A DNA stretch of 64,000 nt, from NCBI GenBank assembly GCA_964016885.1, contig OZ024740.1, forward strand, positions 216,256,001 to 216,320,000, in the 5' to 3' direction. The position numbers and the translations under genes were made by a program. Positions 28,304-41,617 of this stretch are shown piece by piece; within the stretch, counting starts at the first letter, position 1, and every line of letters starts with the position of its first letter. The notes beneath the pieces were generated by a model. That model did no database searches. It saw nothing but the letters and a program-made list of their open reading frames with translations, and had not been told where the DNA came from. Source of the stretch: Eledone cirrhosa (Eukaryota).

Positions 28304-29112
28304 TGTTGTAATGTTGCAAGTGTGTTGGCTTGCCTCATCTTGTTCGGCTGATTTTCACACTTGGTGGTGAATTGATGGTTGTTTTGTTTAATCTTATATA
28401 TTTGTTAAGTATTGTTTATATTATTTGTGTCTATTTTCATTCTGTAAGAATTATAAATAATAAGTAATGTTATTTATACAATTGTAAATAAACTCTTAGA
28501 AGGTAAAAAAAAAAAAAAAATATAAGAATACATGTGGTGATGATTGATCTGAGGACCATGATGACACACCCAGGTATACAAGTATGGTGAAATAAGCATG
28601 ATGGAAGATAGTTTGGCTACATTTAGGACTCTTGTACAATATATCGTTATCACCAACACTATCACTTGGTAGACTAGGGAGTTTGTCATGTACTTAACAT
28701 GACTAAAGAGTCCTCTCCACCTATATTACTCTATTAGGTGTTCCAGCTGACAGGCTGAGGCCAAGCTGGGGCACCATCATTGTCCTTGTTTTATTGACAA
28801 CCACTTTATAAATTTTACTGGGTGGATTTTATTGTGGCATTAATGCTGGTTAGGTTGTCAAATCTTTCACAGCACCAAAGGGTCCCCTCTACCTTACATT
28901 GTATTCATCACTGTAACTGTGACCCTATTACATGGGGATATTTAGTGCATTCCATCTCCATACCAATATTACAATGGTTGCCTCATTCACTGCACATGAA
29001 AAAGGACCTCCCTACTCCATGTAGTCGTAGTCTTTGATCTCTCACCATATATACCTTTAGAATTGCTGTGCTTGTACAGCATGTCGCCAACCAACTGAAA
29101 CCTGTCGCCCCC

Positions 29113-29215
<103 letters not shown>

Positions 29216-29423
29216 ATGTATGTATATATAAATTAAACAGAAATAAAGCAACAACATAGTACAATCAAGATATATTAGTTTAACACTTGAAATAATAGTA
29301 AAGGAGTCTTAATGTTTCATCAGAAGATACAATAAGAAATAGAAAGAAAAAGAGTGAGAAGGGGAGGGAAGGAATGGGGAAAAAAATTGAGAATAAAACA
29401 CACGTGTATTCAGCCACACACAC

Positions 29424-29454
<31 letters not shown>

Positions 29455-29979
29455 CAGACACATAGTCTCTCAATATATCCAATCCAATCCAGGGCCCTCA
29501 GACTCCTGTTGGAAGAACCCTTCACTGGTTGATCTTCCCCACTTTCTGTTTGGTTTTGGTCATGTCAGAGGTGTGGCTGTGCACACCATGCTTGGCCAAT
29601 TGCAGGTTGGTGAGGCTATTTAACATGTGGATGGTTGTTGACTATGAGAAGTTCATCAACCCTTTTAAGAACTTTTGTTTTTTGTGCTGCTAGGGTTCAC
29701 TTACCCTCTTCAGCAAACAATATATATATATATATATAGTTTAAGGATTGTAACATCCAGTTACTGTAGGTTCACCAGAGTGAGCAATCAATGCAGAGTT
29801 TCCAGTAGATATATTGTTGTACTAAGCAGAGTGTAATAATAATAATAAAAAGGACGATGTGTTAGATCTTCATTACATTTATTGAGGTGGGATGTGCATT
29901 TCGTGATTGAGCAGCTCAACGTTCAATCTGTATCGATTGGGCCCGATTCTGGAATCAAAAGCACGTCGAACTTCTGTAA

Positions 29980-30115
29980 GGAAACACAAAATGAACAAAC
30001 AAGAGGAGGCAATAGCATAAAGTGTATTAGTTTCATGCTTGGAGAGAAAAGAAAGTTACATAATCAATGTTTCGGGCATTTGTCCTTCATCAGAAATAGC
30101 ACAAAAGGAAAATAA
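29980..30115 (-). mobile_element. Penelope-like terminal fragment with hammerhead core (family C)
   Basis: Minus strand CTGATGA-aggacaaatgccc-GAAAC-attgattat-GTA; helix I pairing is poor. Confidence 0.5.
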
Positions 30116-30437
30116 CATTAAAGAATATATATGCACCCATGCATGTATTATTTCTAGTAGTATGTCTGTCTCATTAAAATGACAACATATTCAGTAGTTA
30201 TAGGGAATGTTCCTCCTTTCACACCATGGGGTGATGATATCCATCTTTCTACTTCTGTTTTACTTTTATTACTTACAGACTCTAGATTTGTTGTAGGATA
30301 ACCTCCTACTTCCTTACTATCCCCTTATTGTGACAACAAATAAATACACTTGGTTAATTACTATATATGAAGTGTTACACAAGTTCATATATTTATATAT
30401 ATATTTATATATATTTATATATATATATATATATATA

Positions 30438-30758
30438 TGCAAAAGTTCTATTTAAAATTGTTGGGATACAAGTAAATATTTTTATAACTGATATAAAGCA
30501 CTCGACAAGTATTTGGAGTAGATATACGATATTAATAAATGGAAACTATATTTATAAAACCATATTTATTTCATTATACATATTTCAGGGATACCAAATT
30601 AAATTATGGTATGCCTTCATCAGACAAAATACAATATATAACAGTTTTACAAATAAGCTTTGACGTACCCTTTTAAAATGCAACCATTATTTTTGGAAGC
30701 CATCAGGAAATTATGTATAATGAAATAAATATGGTTTTATAAATATAGTTTCCATTTA

Positions 30759-30767
<9 letters not shown>
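30438..30767 (-). mobile_element. fold-back hammerhead element family A, copy 1
   Basis: About 90-nt tail, long arm carrying the hammerhead, short inverted arm 30707-30766, (TA)n on both sides. Confidence 0.85.
30567..30631 (-). ncRNA. type I hammerhead ribozyme motif
   Basis: tattttgt-CTGATGA-aggcatacca..tggtatccct-GAAA-tatgtATA-atgaaata; helices I-III can pair. Confidence 0.75.
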
Positions 30768-30790
<23 letters not shown>

Positions 30791-30791
<1 letters not shown>

Positions 30792-30940
30792 AGAGAGATG
30801 TAAAATCCTGACTGCAGTACCAAGCAGTTTCAGCTTGTATGTTCAGCAAGCCATTTCCATATCTCTATACCCACTCTACATCTCCCCGTGTATTGAGTAC
30901 TCCCATGATTAGTGCTCTCTGTAGTTTCAGCACTGCAGAC
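30791..30940. mobile_element. divergent family B relative
   Basis: Minus-strand GAAAC-TGC-ttggtact-GCA-GTC and plus-strand tail acccactctac...gtattgagtac. Confidence 0.55.
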
Positions 30941-31352
30941 TCTCTCTCTCTCTCTCTCTGTCTATTACTCTCTCTCTGTAGAGAGAGAGAGAGAGTAATA
31001 GACAGTATGCCCCCACTGCAAAGTGGTTGTGGAGGTGTCGCAACAAAAAAGCAGCCAGTACTCACTGTAAATGAGGTTGGTGTTAGGAAGGGCATCCAGC
31101 TGTAGAAACCAAACCAAAATCAGTTCCCGTATGGGCAAGACATGGTCACCCAACCTGGCATTGCCCACAACAGGACAACCCGTCTAACCCATGCTAGCAT
31201 GGAAGAATGGACGTAAAATGGTGTTGATATATATATATATATAAAAATCAAAATCAAATCATCTTAATTTCATTGTTCTATAAAGAGCTCAATGGAAGTA
31301 AGATGCTTAAAAACCGATTCCAGAGTACTTTTGAAATAATATTCCAGAAAAC

Positions 31353-31595
31353 AATACTAATTATATATTGTAATACAGATAACAAGGTACAATGATAATT
31401 ATATATTGTAATATATATAATAAGGTACAATACTAATTAAATATTGTAATACATATATGGAGCTACAATACTAATTATATTATGTAATGCTTATAATGAG
31501 GTACAATACTAATTATATATTGTTATACTTATAATGAGGTACAATACTAATTACATATTGTAATACTTATAACGAGGAACAAAAGTAATTAGAAT
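31353..31595. repeat. about 38-bp AT-rich tandem repeat, about 6 copies
   Basis: Unit aatactaattatatattgtaatacttataatgaggtac. Confidence 0.85.
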
Positions 31596-31882
31596 ATAAA
31601 AATATTATATTACTTCTTATACCTAAATTATACCTATACACCTGTTTGGAATCTTAGAGAGAAAAAATCCACAAACTACCATGGTTAGAATAAACAAGGT
31701 ATAATTAATGGGTTTCAACACCTAGATTCTTCTCAGAAGGCTATTTAGCACCCCGAACACATAATTGGGAATATAATCACTTATTTCCTAATGTTTGTTG
31801 AGTGAGTTGGAATTTGGCCGGAGTATCGGTAAAAAGCTTTCTACGATATTGTATTTATTATATATATATATATATATATATA

Positions 31883-32114
<232 letters not shown>

Positions 32115-32137
32115 ATGTGTGTGTGTATATATATATC

Positions 32138-32321
32138 TATCTATCTATCTAAGGCGGGTAAAATTCCGGAGATCCATGGACGAGTTCTCTCCAGCGGTCT
32201 CTGTCCCTCATTATCGCTGCCATATCCTGCATCTCCAACAGACCAGTGTCTGTCCTTAGGGCATCAACATATGTTAACCTTGGTCTTCCTCTTCTAGTGT
32301 GTCCATGTAGGGGCTCCCAAA
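32138..32321 (-). mobile_element. 3' fragment of a second RTE-group LINE
   Basis: Minus translation [57 protein letters not shown], then a (taga)n tail. Confidence 0.75.
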
Positions 32322-32470
32322 GTGTGTGTGTATATATATATATATATATGTGTATATATATATATATATGTGTATATATATATATGTGTATATATATATA
32401 TGTGTATATATATATATGTGTGTATATATATATATATGTGTGTATATATATATATATGTGTATATATATA

Positions 32471-32559
<89 letters not shown>

Positions 32560-32573
32560 ATATATATATATAT

Positions 32574-33650
32574 GAAGAGTTTAGCGTAAAAGTCGGCGTC
32601 CATCAGGGCTCTGTTCTCAGTCCACTACTATTTATTATTGCCCTTCAGGCTATAACAGAGGAGTTCAAGACAGGCTGCCCATGGGAACTCCTATACGCAG
32701 ACGACCTGACACTCATAGCGGAATCAATGGCCGAGCTAGAGAAGAAATTCCAAACATGGAAGCACGGCCTAGAGTCAAAAGGACTTAAAATTAACCTGGC
32801 TAAGACCAAAGTACTAGTTTGTAGGAAAGAAAACAAGGCGGCGGTCCCTTCTGGGAAATGGTCGTGCTCGGTGTGTAGGAAAGGCGTAGGTAGAAACTCC
32901 ATTTTATGTCCTAAATGCAAAGTATGGGTGCATAAAAGATGTAGTGGGATCACAGGTAAGCTAACTAAGAACATAGATTTTACATGTGGCCGGTGCTCTG
33001 GTGCAATAAGTAGCAGCAAGTGCCCACAAACTACTAGCTCTTTCAATTGCGCAGAGGGTTCTATAGAAATAGTGGACAGCTTCCGTTACCTGGGCGATAA
33101 AATCAGCAGTGGGGGAGGGTGCTCTGAAAGTACTGTAGCTAGAGTCAGAACTGGTTGGAAAAAGTTCAGAGAGCTTATACCACTATTAGCTGCTAAAGGG
33201 TTCTCACTAAAAATGAAAGGCAGGTTGTACGATGCCTGCATACGAACAGCAATGCTGCATGGCAGTGAGACCTGGGCATTGTGTGCAGAGGATATACGCA
33301 GACTAGAGAGGAACGAAGCTTGCATGCTCCGCTGGATGTGTAACAGTAATATACGTGAACGGCAAAGCATAAACGAACTAAGGAAAAAATTAGAGATAAG
33401 AGGGATCAGATGTTGTTTACTCGAGAGAAGGCTACGTTGGTATGGACACGTGATGCGCATGAAAGTCGATAGCTGTATAACAAAGTGCAGGGCAATAAAG
33501 ATAGACGGTAGTCACGGAATAGGCAGACCTAGAAAAACCTGGGACGAGCTGATAAACTCCGACATCACACACTTACACCTCTCCAAGACAATGTCACTGG
33601 ACCGAGACCTTTGGCGGTACTCAGTAACAGAGAAGACCCGCCTTACCTAA
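32574..33650 (+). CDS. RTE-clade LINE ORF, 5'-truncated (RT C-terminal half, PHD-like finger, C-terminal domain)
   Basis: Open frame with [19 protein letters not shown] (32694-32705), [28 protein letters not shown]; the ORF-track extension upstream is only microsatellite. Confidence 0.92.
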   Translation, partial: EEFSVKVGVHQGSVLSPLLFIIALQAITEEFKTGCPWELLYADDLTLIAESMAELEKKFQTWKHGLESKGLKINLAKTKVLVCRKENKAAVPSGKWSCSVCRKGVGRNSILCPKCKVWVHKRCSGITGKLTKNIDFTCGRCSGAISSSKCPQTTSSFNCAEGSIEIVDSFRYLGDKISSGGGCSESTVARVRTGWKKFRELIPLLAAKGFSLKMKGRLYDACIRTAMLHGSETWALCAEDIRRLERNEACMLRWMCNSNIRERQSINELRKKLEIRGIRCCLLERRLRWYGHVMRMKVDSCITKCRAIKIDGSHGIGRPRKTWDELINSDITHLHLSKTMSLDRDLWRYSVTEKTRLT

Positions 33651-34049
33651 ATATATAGTAAAACCTACTCCAGCCAGTAGGCATCTCTAACAAAATACAC
33701 CCCGTCCCACCACCCCCACCCCCACCCGATCCACACCACCCCGTTCTATGTAAAGTTATGTTGGTGCCGCGCCATCGAGGCCGAAACAAATGAGATCGTG
33801 TAGGTGTCACGACAAAAAAACACACAGTCCACGCTGTAATGTGGCCGTGTAGGCAACACGGTAAAAACCTCCCAGACCCACACTGTAAATGTGGTTGGTG
33901 TTAGGAAGGGCATCCAACTGTAGAAAACCTGCCAGACAGTCCTATGCGAGCAAGACAATCACTCTTGCCTCAAGTGGGACTACCCCCGTCCAAACCCATG
34001 CAAGCGTGGAACACGGACGTTAAACGTTGATGATGATGATGATGATGAT
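32574..34049 (+). mobile_element. young 5'-truncated RTE LINE with 3' UTR and (gat)n tail
   Basis: ORF followed by about 370 nt of UTR ending ggacgttaaacgttgatgatgat; homologous to 42741-43397. Confidence 0.9.
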
Positions 34050-34264
34050 GTGTATATATATATATATGTGTATATATATATATATATGTGTATATATATA
34101 TATATGTGTATATATATATATATGTGTATATATATATATATGTGTATATATATATATATATATGTGTATATATATATATATATGTGTATATATATATATA
34201 TATATGTGTATATATATATATATATATGTGTATATATATATATATATATGTGTATATATATATA

Positions 34265-34307
<43 letters not shown>

Positions 34308-34446
34308 ATATATATATATGTATGTGTATATATATATATGTGTGTATATATATGTATGTGTATATATATATATGTGTGTATATATATGTGTATATATATA
34401 TATGTGTATATATATAAATATATGTATGTGTATATATATATATGTG

Positions 34447-34483
<37 letters not shown>

Positions 34484-34670
34484 GTATGTATATATATATA
34501 TATGTATGTATATATATATGTATGTATATATATATATATGTATGTATATATATATGTATGTATATATATATATATGTATGTATATATATATATATATGTA
34601 TGTATATATATATGTATATATGTATGTATATATATATGTATATATGTATGTATATATATATGTATATATG

Positions 34671-34709
<39 letters not shown>

Positions 34710-35046
34710 ATATATATATATATATGTGTATATATATATATGTGTATATATATATATATGTGTATATATATATATGTGTATATATATATATATGTGTATA
34801 TATATATATATGTGTATATATATATATGTGTATATATATATATATGTGTATATATATATATATGTGTATATATATATATATGTGTATATATATATATATG
34901 TGTATATATATATATGTGTGTATATATATATATATGTGTATATATATATATATGTGTATATATATATATATGTGTATATATATATATATGTGTATATATA
35001 TATATATGTGTATATATATATATATGTGTATATATATATATATGTG

Positions 35047-35097
<51 letters not shown>

Positions 35098-35132
35098 GTG
35101 TATATATATATATATATGTGTATATATATATA

Positions 35133-35207
<75 letters not shown>

Positions 35208-35236
35208 ATATATATATATATATGTGTATATATATA

Positions 35237-35267
<31 letters not shown>

Positions 35268-35284
35268 GTGTATATATATATATA

Positions 35285-35323
<39 letters not shown>

Positions 35324-35826
35324 ATATATATATATATATATATGTGTATATATATATATATATATATGTGTATATATATATATATGTGTATATATATATA
35401 TATGTGTATATATATATATATGTGTATATATATATATATGTGTATATATATATATATGTATATGTATATATATATATGTGTATATATATATATATATGTG
35501 TATATATATATGTGTATATATATATATATATGTGTATATATATATATATGTGTATATATATATATATGTGTATATATATATGTGTGTATATATATATATA
35601 TATATGTGTATATATATATATATATGTGTATATATATATATATATATGTGTATATATATATATATGTGTATATATATATATATGTGTGTATATATATATA
35701 TATATGTGTATATATATATGTGTATATGTATATATATATATATATGTGTATATATATATATGTGTATATATATGTGTATATATATGTATATATATGTGTA
35801 TATATATGTGTATATATATATATATA

Positions 35827-35859
<33 letters not shown>

Positions 35860-35940
35860 GTGTATATATATATGTATATATATATATGTGTATATATGTA
35901 TATATATATATGTGTATATATATATATATGTATATATACA
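34050..35940. repeat. 1.9-kb (TA)n/TG compound microsatellite
   Basis: Continuous tatatatatatgtg-type array. Confidence 0.97.
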
Positions 35941-36294
35941 TGTAAAGTTATATTTAAAATTGTTGGGTTACAACTAGTAAATATTTATAACTGATATAAA
36001 AGCACTTGACAAATACTTGGAGTATATTTACAATATTAAATAAATGGAAAACTATATTTATAAAACCATATTTATTTCATTATATATATTTCGGGGATAT
36101 CATATTAACAATATGCTATGCCTTCATCAGACAAAATACAATATAAACAGTTTTATAGATAAATATATTCGACATACCGTAATAAACATCAACTTCTGAT
36201 GAAGGCATAGCATATTGTTAATATGATATCCCCGAAATATATATAATGAAATAAATATGGTTTTATAAATATAGTTTTCCATTTATTTAATATT
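35941..36294 (-). mobile_element. fold-back hammerhead element family A, copy 2
   Basis: Full hammerhead on minus strand 36073-36138; the inverted arm repeats CTGATGA..GAAA on plus strand 36196-36253. Confidence 0.85.
36073..36138 (-). ncRNA. type I hammerhead ribozyme motif
   Basis: tattttgt-CTGATGA-aggcatagcatatt..aatatgatatcccc-GAAA-tatatATA-atgaaata. Confidence 0.7.
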
Positions 36295-36414
36295 GTATGT
36301 ATATATATATATGTGTGTATATATATATGTATATATATATATATATGTGTGTATATATATATGTGTATATATATATATGTGTGTATATATATATATGTGT
36401 ATATATATATATAT

Positions 36415-36454
<40 letters not shown>

Positions 36455-36817
36455 GTGTGTATATATATATATGTGTGTATATATATATGTGTATATATAT
36501 ATATGTGTGTATATATATATATGTGTATATATATATATGTGTATATATATATGTGTATATATATGTGTATATATATATATATATATAAATATGTGTGTAT
36601 ATATATATGTGTATATATATATATGTGTATATATATATGTGTATATATATATATATGTGTGTATATATATATGTGTATATATATATATATATGTGTGTAT
36701 ATATATATGTGTGTATATATATATATATATGTGTGTATATATATATGTGTATATATATATATATATGTGTGTATATATATATGTGTATATATATATATAT
36801 ATATATGTGTGTATATA

Positions 36818-36884
<67 letters not shown>

Positions 36885-37113
36885 GTGTGTATATATATAT
36901 ATATGTGTGTATATATATATATATATATGTGTATATATATATATGTGTGTATATATGTATATATATATATGTGTATATATGTATATATATGTGTATATAT
37001 GTATATATATATATGTGTATATATGTATATATATATATGTGTATATATGTATATATATATATGTGTATATGTGTATATATGTATATATATATATGTGTAT
37101 ATATGTATATATA

Positions 37114-37144
<31 letters not shown>

Positions 37145-37279
37145 GTGTGTATATATATATGTGTATATATATATATATATATGTGTGTATATATGTGTGT
37201 GTGTATATATATATGTGTATATATATATATATGTGTGTATATATATATGTGTATATATATATATATATGTGTGTATATA

Positions 37280-37318
<39 letters not shown>

Positions 37319-37339
37319 ATATATATGTGTGTGTATATA

Positions 37340-37381
<42 letters not shown>

Positions 37382-37384
37382 ATA
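36295..37384. repeat. 1.1-kb (TA)n/TG compound microsatellite
   Basis: Continuous TA/TG array. Confidence 0.97.
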
Positions 37385-37573
37385 TAGGAACAAGTATGAC
37401 CCAGGCGGCAGACTCAAGCCGTTTCAATGGCTATTTCTGGAAATAGCCATCGAAACGGCTTGAGCTCTGCCGTCGGGGTCATACTTGTTCCTATTACCCA
37501 CTCTACTACCCTATGTATTGAGTACTTTGGTGCGTTATGGTCCATCCGGTTCCTTACCACAATTCCTTCGTTA
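37385..37573 (+). mobile_element. fold-back element family B, copy 3
   Basis: Arms around atttctggaaat; GAAAC-GGC-ttgagctct-GCC-GTC; shared tail. Confidence 0.8.
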
Positions 37574-37581
37574 TATATATA

Positions 37582-37780
37582 TAATGAAGGAAGTGTGGTA
37601 AGTAACCATGTGGACCATAATAATGCACCAAAGTACTCAATACTGGGTAGTAGAGTGGGTAATAGGAAAATAGTCAGGACCCCAACGGCTGAGCTCCGGT
37701 CATTTTGACAACTAGGTCTGAACGTTCAGACCTAGTTGTCGAAACAGCCGGAGCTCAGCCGTCGGGGTCCTGACTATTTT

Positions 37781-37785
<5 letters not shown>
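37582..37785 (-). mobile_element. fold-back element family B, copy 4 (tail-to-tail with copy 3)
   Basis: Reverse-oriented tail, then palindrome centred on gaacgttc. Confidence 0.8.
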
Positions 37786-37823
<38 letters not shown>

Positions 37824-37911
37824 GCTCTGTATCTATGTACAAATCACTAGAATTTTCTTTATATTGAGAAATATAATCGATATATATTTCATATTGATTA
37901 AACCTAACATA

Positions 37912-37946
<35 letters not shown>

Positions 37947-38060
37947 ATAAATATATATCGATTAAGCCTAAATATAGTGTATATATATATATATAGAATG
38001 TATATATTATTTATTTAATTTCATATTAGTATGGTGTTGTACGTTATATTATTCTAAAAG

Positions 38061-38250
38061 GGCGGTGAATTGGCAGTATCGGTAGAGGGTCGGACGCCAT
38101 GCTTTCCAGCATAGTTACGTCCCTTTATGGTCTGAGTTCAAATCCCGTCGAGGTTAACTTTGCCTTTCATCCTTACCGGGTCGATAAAATAAAGTACCAG
38201 TAATGAACTGTGTAATTGCTGGCCTTGTGCCAAAAGTAGAAACAATTATT
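38061..38250 (+). mobile_element. full-length Nin/Deu-domain-type tRNA SINE
   Basis: A box tggcagtatcgg, B box gttcaaatccc, domain gcctttcatccttaccgggtcgataaaataaagtaccag, end gaaacaattatt; more than 10 copies in the window. Confidence 0.8.
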
Positions 38251-38393
38251 CTAAACTTGGCATAATTAGTTGTTACTAGGCACATGTCTTATTCTCATAC
38301 AAATGTTTGTCCCAATGAAGTTATGGTAAATACACTAATAATATATTGTACAACATTGAAGTGACTCTATGGATAGTCACTAGTAAAGAAATA

Positions 38394-38433
<40 letters not shown>

Positions 38434-38473
38434 GAAAATTTATATGTGTGTGTGTGTGTATATATATATATAT

Positions 38474-38816
38474 GGAGGCACATGGCTTAGTGGTTAGAGC
38501 ATTGGCTTTGCAATCAAAAGGTTGTGAGTTCAATTCTCAGACCGGGTGATGTGTTGTTTCCTTGAGCAAGACACTTTATTTCATATTGCTCCAGTTTACT
38601 CAGCTGTAGAAATGAGATGATAAGGACTGGAGTCCCTATCATTCCACTGTAAAGTGGTCATGGAGGTGCCACAGCAAAAAAGCACCCAGCACTCACTGTA
38701 AATGAGGTTGGTGTTAGGAAGGGCATCGAGCTGTAGAAACCAAGCCAGAATCAGTTCCCGTCCCACCCTTGCAAGCAGGGAAAAAGCGGACGTAAAATGA
38801 AATGATGATGATGATG
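38474..38816 (+). mobile_element. CORE-type SINE with RTE-derived 3' tail
   Basis: tRNA-like head, CORE-like ccttgagcaagacactttatttc..ccagtttactcagctgtagaaatgag, tail shared with the RTE UTR, (gat)n end. Confidence 0.85.
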
Positions 38817-38875
38817 AATGATGTATGTATGGGTGTAGAAGTATATATGTATATGTATGAATATATGTGTGTATA

Positions 38876-39198
38876 TGCGCAGTTGGCTTAGTGGTTAGAT
38901 CGTGAGGTTATGAGTTTGATTCTTGGACCAGGCTTTGCATTGTGTTCTTGAGCAAGACACTTTATTTCACGTTGCTCCAGTTCACTCAGCTGTAGAAATG
39001 AGTTGCCACGTCACCGGTGTCGAGCTGTATCAGCCATAGCCTTTCCCTTGGACAACAGGTTGGTGTGGAGAGGAGAGACTGGTTTATATGAGTGGCTGCT
39101 GGTCTTCCACAAACGTTACACGGACTTGTGCCTTAGAGGGGAACTTTCTAGGTACAAAATCATGGTCATTCATGACTGAAGGGGGTCTTTACTTTACA
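38876..39198 (+). mobile_element. CORE-type SINE with a different 3' body
   Basis: Same head and CORE; body shared with 42450-42700. Confidence 0.7.
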
Positions 39199-39213
39199 TA
39201 ATTATATATGTAT

Positions 39214-39255
<42 letters not shown>

Positions 39256-39550
39256 CTGGCAGTTTCCATACTGGGGCACCACCACTGCTGCTTTACTTTC
39301 TATAACCAGCCTTCCTTGGTGGGCCTCACTGCTGCCATTATTTGTACTTCATCTTGTGCTGTGGGTTTATATGGGGTCTTTGAACTACAGGCTATTACAG
39401 TATCTGGTCCTTACTCTAGATGTGAAGGATAGGACTTGCCACAGTGGCATTCTGTTCAAGGGTTGGTCTGGCTCTCATGTATATGTGTTACAAATGTTTT
39501 TTGTTATATATATATATATATATGCTATAAATACATATTATATATATATA

Positions 39551-40147
39551 TCTAAAACAGAGAATGCCTGTCTGTCTGTCCTATCACTAAAACTCGAGAA
39601 CCACCCAACCGATTGTTTTCAAACTTTACACATGTAATACTTATGGTCCTGTGAGTGTCTTGAGCAAAAGAAATTTCAAATTTTCAATGCCCTACGGACC
39701 CCATTAGGCGATTTAGCGATCTCTCTCAGTCTTTCTCTTTTTAGATAGATACATAGATATAAAGTTGCGCCCTTATAATATCTGTCTGTATGCCTGGCTG
39801 TCTGCATTATGACATAGCGGTGTGTGTGTATATATGTATATATAGAGTGTGTATATATATAGTGTGTAACGTTTTTCGAAATATTTACTTCTGCATTCAC
39901 AGATTGATTTTTTTATTTTAGTTTCAGAAGATCCCGTTAAGGGTGAAAGCAGCGATTCTTTGTTGAAATTTTAATCTGTTATTTTAATATATATATAATT
40001 ATATATTCGTGTACAGATATTTTTGCATACACAATAACAAAATATAAACAAACGTATTTATTTCACGAGGCTAGATAAGGATAAATATATATCAAATATA
40101 TAAGAACCCTAGAGCAAATCCTGAGCAGCGCCGGGCCATTCTGCTAG
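39551..40147 (+). mobile_element. non-autonomous Helitron-like element
   Basis: Starts TC after A, has a (tctg)n patch, subterminal hairpin cctgagcagcgccggg, ends CTAG before T. Confidence 0.7.
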
Positions 40148-40499
40148 TATATATTATAGTGGGGACAGTAAACAAAAAAAAAAAAACAACGTGGAAGCGA
40201 AGAGGCAGTACAAAATGTTAATATTAGTTTCACGCTTGAGAGTGGGGGGTGGCGGACACATATATATATACATGGGCCATCAAAATATGTATAGTGCTTT
40301 CATAGAATTAAAATTATAAAGTTAATATTCCAGTCTGGCCTACTTTACTCTGGTCCTGCACCAGCCATTGAATACCACATCTATGGTGGATAATTTACAT
40401 AACGTTGACTGCTTTGATTGTTGCATCACAGTTTACCAACCCGAACCACCAGTTCTACCCATTGGTAAACAGCCTAACATAAATATATATATATATATA

Positions 40500-40750
40500 A
40501 TGTGTTGTTTCCTTGAGCAAGACACTTTATTTCACATTGCTCCAGTTTACTCAGCTGTAGAAATGAGATGATAGGGACTGGGGTCCATATCATTCCACTG
40601 CAAAGTGGTCGTGTAGGTGCCATGGCAAAAAAGCACCCAGCACTCACTGTAAATGAGGTTGGTGTTAGGAAGGGCATCCAGCTGTAGAAATCAAGCCAGA
40701 ATCAGTTCCTGTCCCACCCTTGCAAGCAGGGAAAAGCGGCGGTAAAATGA
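40500..40750 (+). mobile_element. 5'-truncated CORE-type SINE
   Basis: Near-identical to the 3' part of 41618-41966. Confidence 0.85.
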
Positions 40751-41304
40751 TATAATCATCATCATCGTTTTTGTCTTTCCATATTGGCATGGGTTGTAGA
40801 GTAGTTTTTGAGGCCAGTGTATTACAGCCAGATGCTTTCTTTCTGACACTATCAGTTACATTTGTTATATTTATTGGTATATATAAATGTCTCACTGCTA
40901 CTTAACGTCTTCTAGATAATTTACCGTAGACACTCAGATATAAGGTACATGTAACTAAAATACTGATAGTAGAAGAGGTGTCAGCTTATATTTGAGTATA
41001 TTCTTGTACTGGATTGGTGACCATGAGGGATCCCCTTCTATTGATTCTTCCCTTTCATCATGTCAATCCTAGTGCTTATTTTTTTTTTTTTTTCATTTCT
41101 GTTACTTATTTAATCAATATTTAATCAATTAGCTTTCGATGAATTGCTGAGGTAAGGGACTCAAACTAAAACATGAGATATATATAGAGAGAGAGACACA
41201 TGATGGGCTTCGGCACAGTTCCTGTCTACAGCATTTCTCTCAGAAGTCTATTGAAAAAAGTTGCCCAAAGTGTCGATTGGGAAAGGTAAAATACGTTCAC
41301 ACTC

Positions 41305-41349
<45 letters not shown>

Positions 41350-41617
41350 CACACACATATATACACACACACACACACTCATATATACACTCACACACAT
41401 ATATATATATATACACACACACATACACATACATATATATATATATATATATATTCATACATACACATACATATATATTCATACACACACACACACATAT
41501 ATACATATATATACAGTGTTTGAACCCAAAAGCACACAGCTGAAAAGAAAGTTCCTTGGCTGCAACTTTATATATAATAAATAAGTTATAAGTATATATA
41601 ATAAGTATGTCAGGTAT

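Noticed and set aside
33980-37463. Long IY/CV-repeat ORFs on both strands
   Set aside because: They are translations of (TA)n/TG microsatellite.
38474-38550. tRNA gene
   Set aside because: A and B boxes are present, but there is no acceptor stem and the sequence runs into a SINE body with several copies.
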